Assembly: GCA_030704615.1 (NCBI GenBank) | Contig: CM060731.1 | Location: forward strand, 94,302,001 to 94,366,000 | Source of the DNA: Takakia lepidozioides | Taxonomy: Eukaryota; Plantae; Bryophyta | Direction of reading: 5' to 3' | Length of the DNA stretch: 64,000 bases | In this document: in pieces, positions 61,696 to 64,000 of the stretch | Layout of the letters: each line of letters starts with the position of its first letter | Numbering within the stretch: the stretch's first letter is position 1 | Program-made: the position numbers and the translations under genes | Notes under the pieces: generated by a model | Told to the model about the DNA's origin: nothing | Database searches by the model: none | Seen by the model: the letters and a program-made list of their open reading frames with translations, nothing else

Positions 61696-64000
61696 TTACT
61701 GATCCGAAAGAATGGAATCTGTTTGTAACAAATGTACCACTTCATTGTGACTCAAAGTTGGCTGATGCATCAAACTTTTGCCATCATGATTGCATTTGAG
61801 TACAGACATGAATACATAGTAAAGGTGCTTGTTTGGAATATCAGGTTTTTTCTTGTTGCACATGCGAGCAAAATCCGGACAACTGCATGTAGAATAACTG
61901 CAGATGCCTACTTCGTAAACCTCTCCAACTGCCATTGATCCTGGCGTAGATAATTGATAAACTCGACCAAAATCAGGGCCACATGATACATCTCTTCGAC
62001 GTTTTATGTACACTTGAAGGTCTTTTGCCTTCTCCATCCGCTTTAGGTTTTCTGCACCAACTGTTTTACGACGAAATATTAACCCCCAACGGATTTTGGG
62101 TTATTGATCCTTATTCAACACTTCGTCTGCCATATTTTCTCTCACAATTGGACGTAAATTGGAGAAAGATGTGCGCTGTGCCCGAAATGGAGGAATATCG
62201 GATTGAGGTACCAATCGATAACCCTCATTGGTAAAAGCATCAACTTCAAGTTGAGTGAGGTTGGTACCAATTGCCACTGGCCACACAAATGGAGGTTGTG
62301 GCCTATCCAAGCATCATGGTGATACTCTTCAATGCACACAATGATTCATGTTGGTTCTACAGAACCAGAATGTTTTCATTTTTGCATGCAAGTCATTGAA
62401 TCCTTTCATCCTTCCCGTGAAACATGGTGCAGGCACACTCCGTTCTCCAGCTTGTCGGATAAAGTTGGGACAACACATATGACTGTCAGAACGAATGGCT
62501 GAGCATTTTCCCTTGAAAACCATTGGAGTTCTTGCAACATTGTGAGGAAGTCCACTTCCATCATTTGTAATGGGCTCTTCTTCTACCAAAATGTTGTCTT
62601 CATCGCTGTCATGGATTTCCATAATCTCTGCTACTGAATCAGAAACAACATTATGTACTTTCTTACGTTTCATCGATGAACGGTTATTTATGACAGGACC
62701 TATTTGCAGATTATAATCATGGCGCCATGAATGTTTTTCTTCCTCCTCAGCTATATTTGAAACATGAAGGGAACGTCTCACTTTCTTTGTGCGAAACTCT
62801 CCTTCCAATCCACTCCTTTCACTATACATGGATGTCCCATCCACAAAAGACTTCATAGCCTCAGCAACTTTAACTGGGGAATTTGACCTTTCAACAGCCC
62901 TTAGAAATTGTGTCAGTCTATCAGGCCCTTTTCCAATGTAATTGCTTTCCAAGAATTGGGCATATGTTGATTGCTGCAATACTGCCCGCACAATATCGGC
63001 GTGTGTTGCAGTCAACAGATCAGTTTTGTTTGACCCCGCTCTAGCTTGCCAATTGGCATGAATGCTTTCTGACATATTTGTGTTGGGCATGTATGCATCT
63101 TCCTCTAGTGATAGATTCTGCCAAATACAGGTACAACATAAGCTTGTACATCGTTATGTACAAACCACAAGCATACAAGAGATGTAGTTCGTTGAAGAAC
63201 CACAAACTGTAGCATTCAACATTAGAAACATATTATAATAGTAATCATATGAATATGTATCCACAAGTATGAAGATAATAGATGTGTAGTTCCTTGGAGA
63301 ACCACAACTGTGGCATCCAATCTTCTTACATTTATAACACATAAATATTTAGCTTGTAGAACGTTATGTACAGAACACAAGCATACAAGAGATGTAGTTC
63401 GATGGAGAACCACAGATCTAATTTAATATTTATGCATTGAAGAACCACAAATCTGTTCCGAACCACAACCTACACACAAACCATATGCTCTGAAACATTG
63501 AAAATGATACATTTGAAATGTATGGTTACATGTCGTGCATAGCGTCCTAGATGGTTGTAGCAATATTTCCACCATTGCAGCCAGCAATCCAGGTGACTGA
63601 AACTTCCCTTTTTCGCTACACCAGACGAAGTCCACCAATCTCGAATGCAATTGTACATTTCCTGGCCATCCTCCTCGGAGGTTGCATACATCCAAGCTTT
63701 GCATTTCTGTATGTGTTGCACTTGCATACAATATGTTTTTTGGTATGAATATCAAGACTCTGACTCCAATGAAAGGCACATTCTCTCTCTCTTCCTTCCA
63801 AAGGGCCAGTATTCCCTGGTTCTCCATACACCTGTCTTATTGCAGCCCAATTGGCCCCCGCTCCATCAGCCATAAAACCTTTGAAGTAAGGTCGTCGTCG
63901 CCCATTTTCTTCCATGACTCTGTTTATATTTTCCCACATTAACATTTGTGATGCTGTATCTTCGCCTTTCATTTCACACACTGCAATGGTTAGCAGTGAC
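61696..64000 (-). mobile_element. MULE-like DDE transposase with SWIM finger (copy D), runs off the window end
   Basis: FKGFMADGAGANWAAIRQVYG..ERECAFHW; WLQWW; MPNTNMSESIHANW; VPAPCF; FWFC; SWIM CSCPDF..PNKHLYYVF; repeat-containing intron ~63120-63530. Confidence 0.8.

Overview
Eukaryotic nuclear DNA from a land plant, probably a non-seed plant such as a bryophyte. This is inferred from the PLS-type PPR remnants and the transposon families. One intact host gene can be reconstructed: a 21-exon, minus-strand Nudix hydrolase 3 / dipeptidyl-peptidase III fusion gene (CDS 21135->1572, 772 aa when spliced). Its intron 9 grew from about 200 bp to 9.46 kb through nested retro-insertions. The remaining ~43 kb is mostly decayed transposons: a non-chromovirus Ty3/gypsy element, a Penelope-like RT, PLS-PPR fragments in an amplified module, MITEs, a SINE, Helitron- and CACTA-like ends, and a cluster of divergent MULE-like DDE/SWIM transposase genes. 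The most interesting objects are two adjacent retrotransposons that each pair a methyltransferase with a chromatin reader. (1) A Ty3/gypsy element (36.5-41.9 kb, minus) carries a complete C5 DNA-cytosine methyltransferase domain upstream of RT and a PHD finger after the integrase. (2) A TSD-flanked LINE (42142-46126) has the order RT - chromodomain - PCIF1/CAPAM-like adenine-methyltransferase fold - RNase H - CCHC/restriction-like endonuclease. Its structured 3' end also occurs as two independent ~100-bp insertions. All domain calls come from motif recognition by eye; no searches were run.
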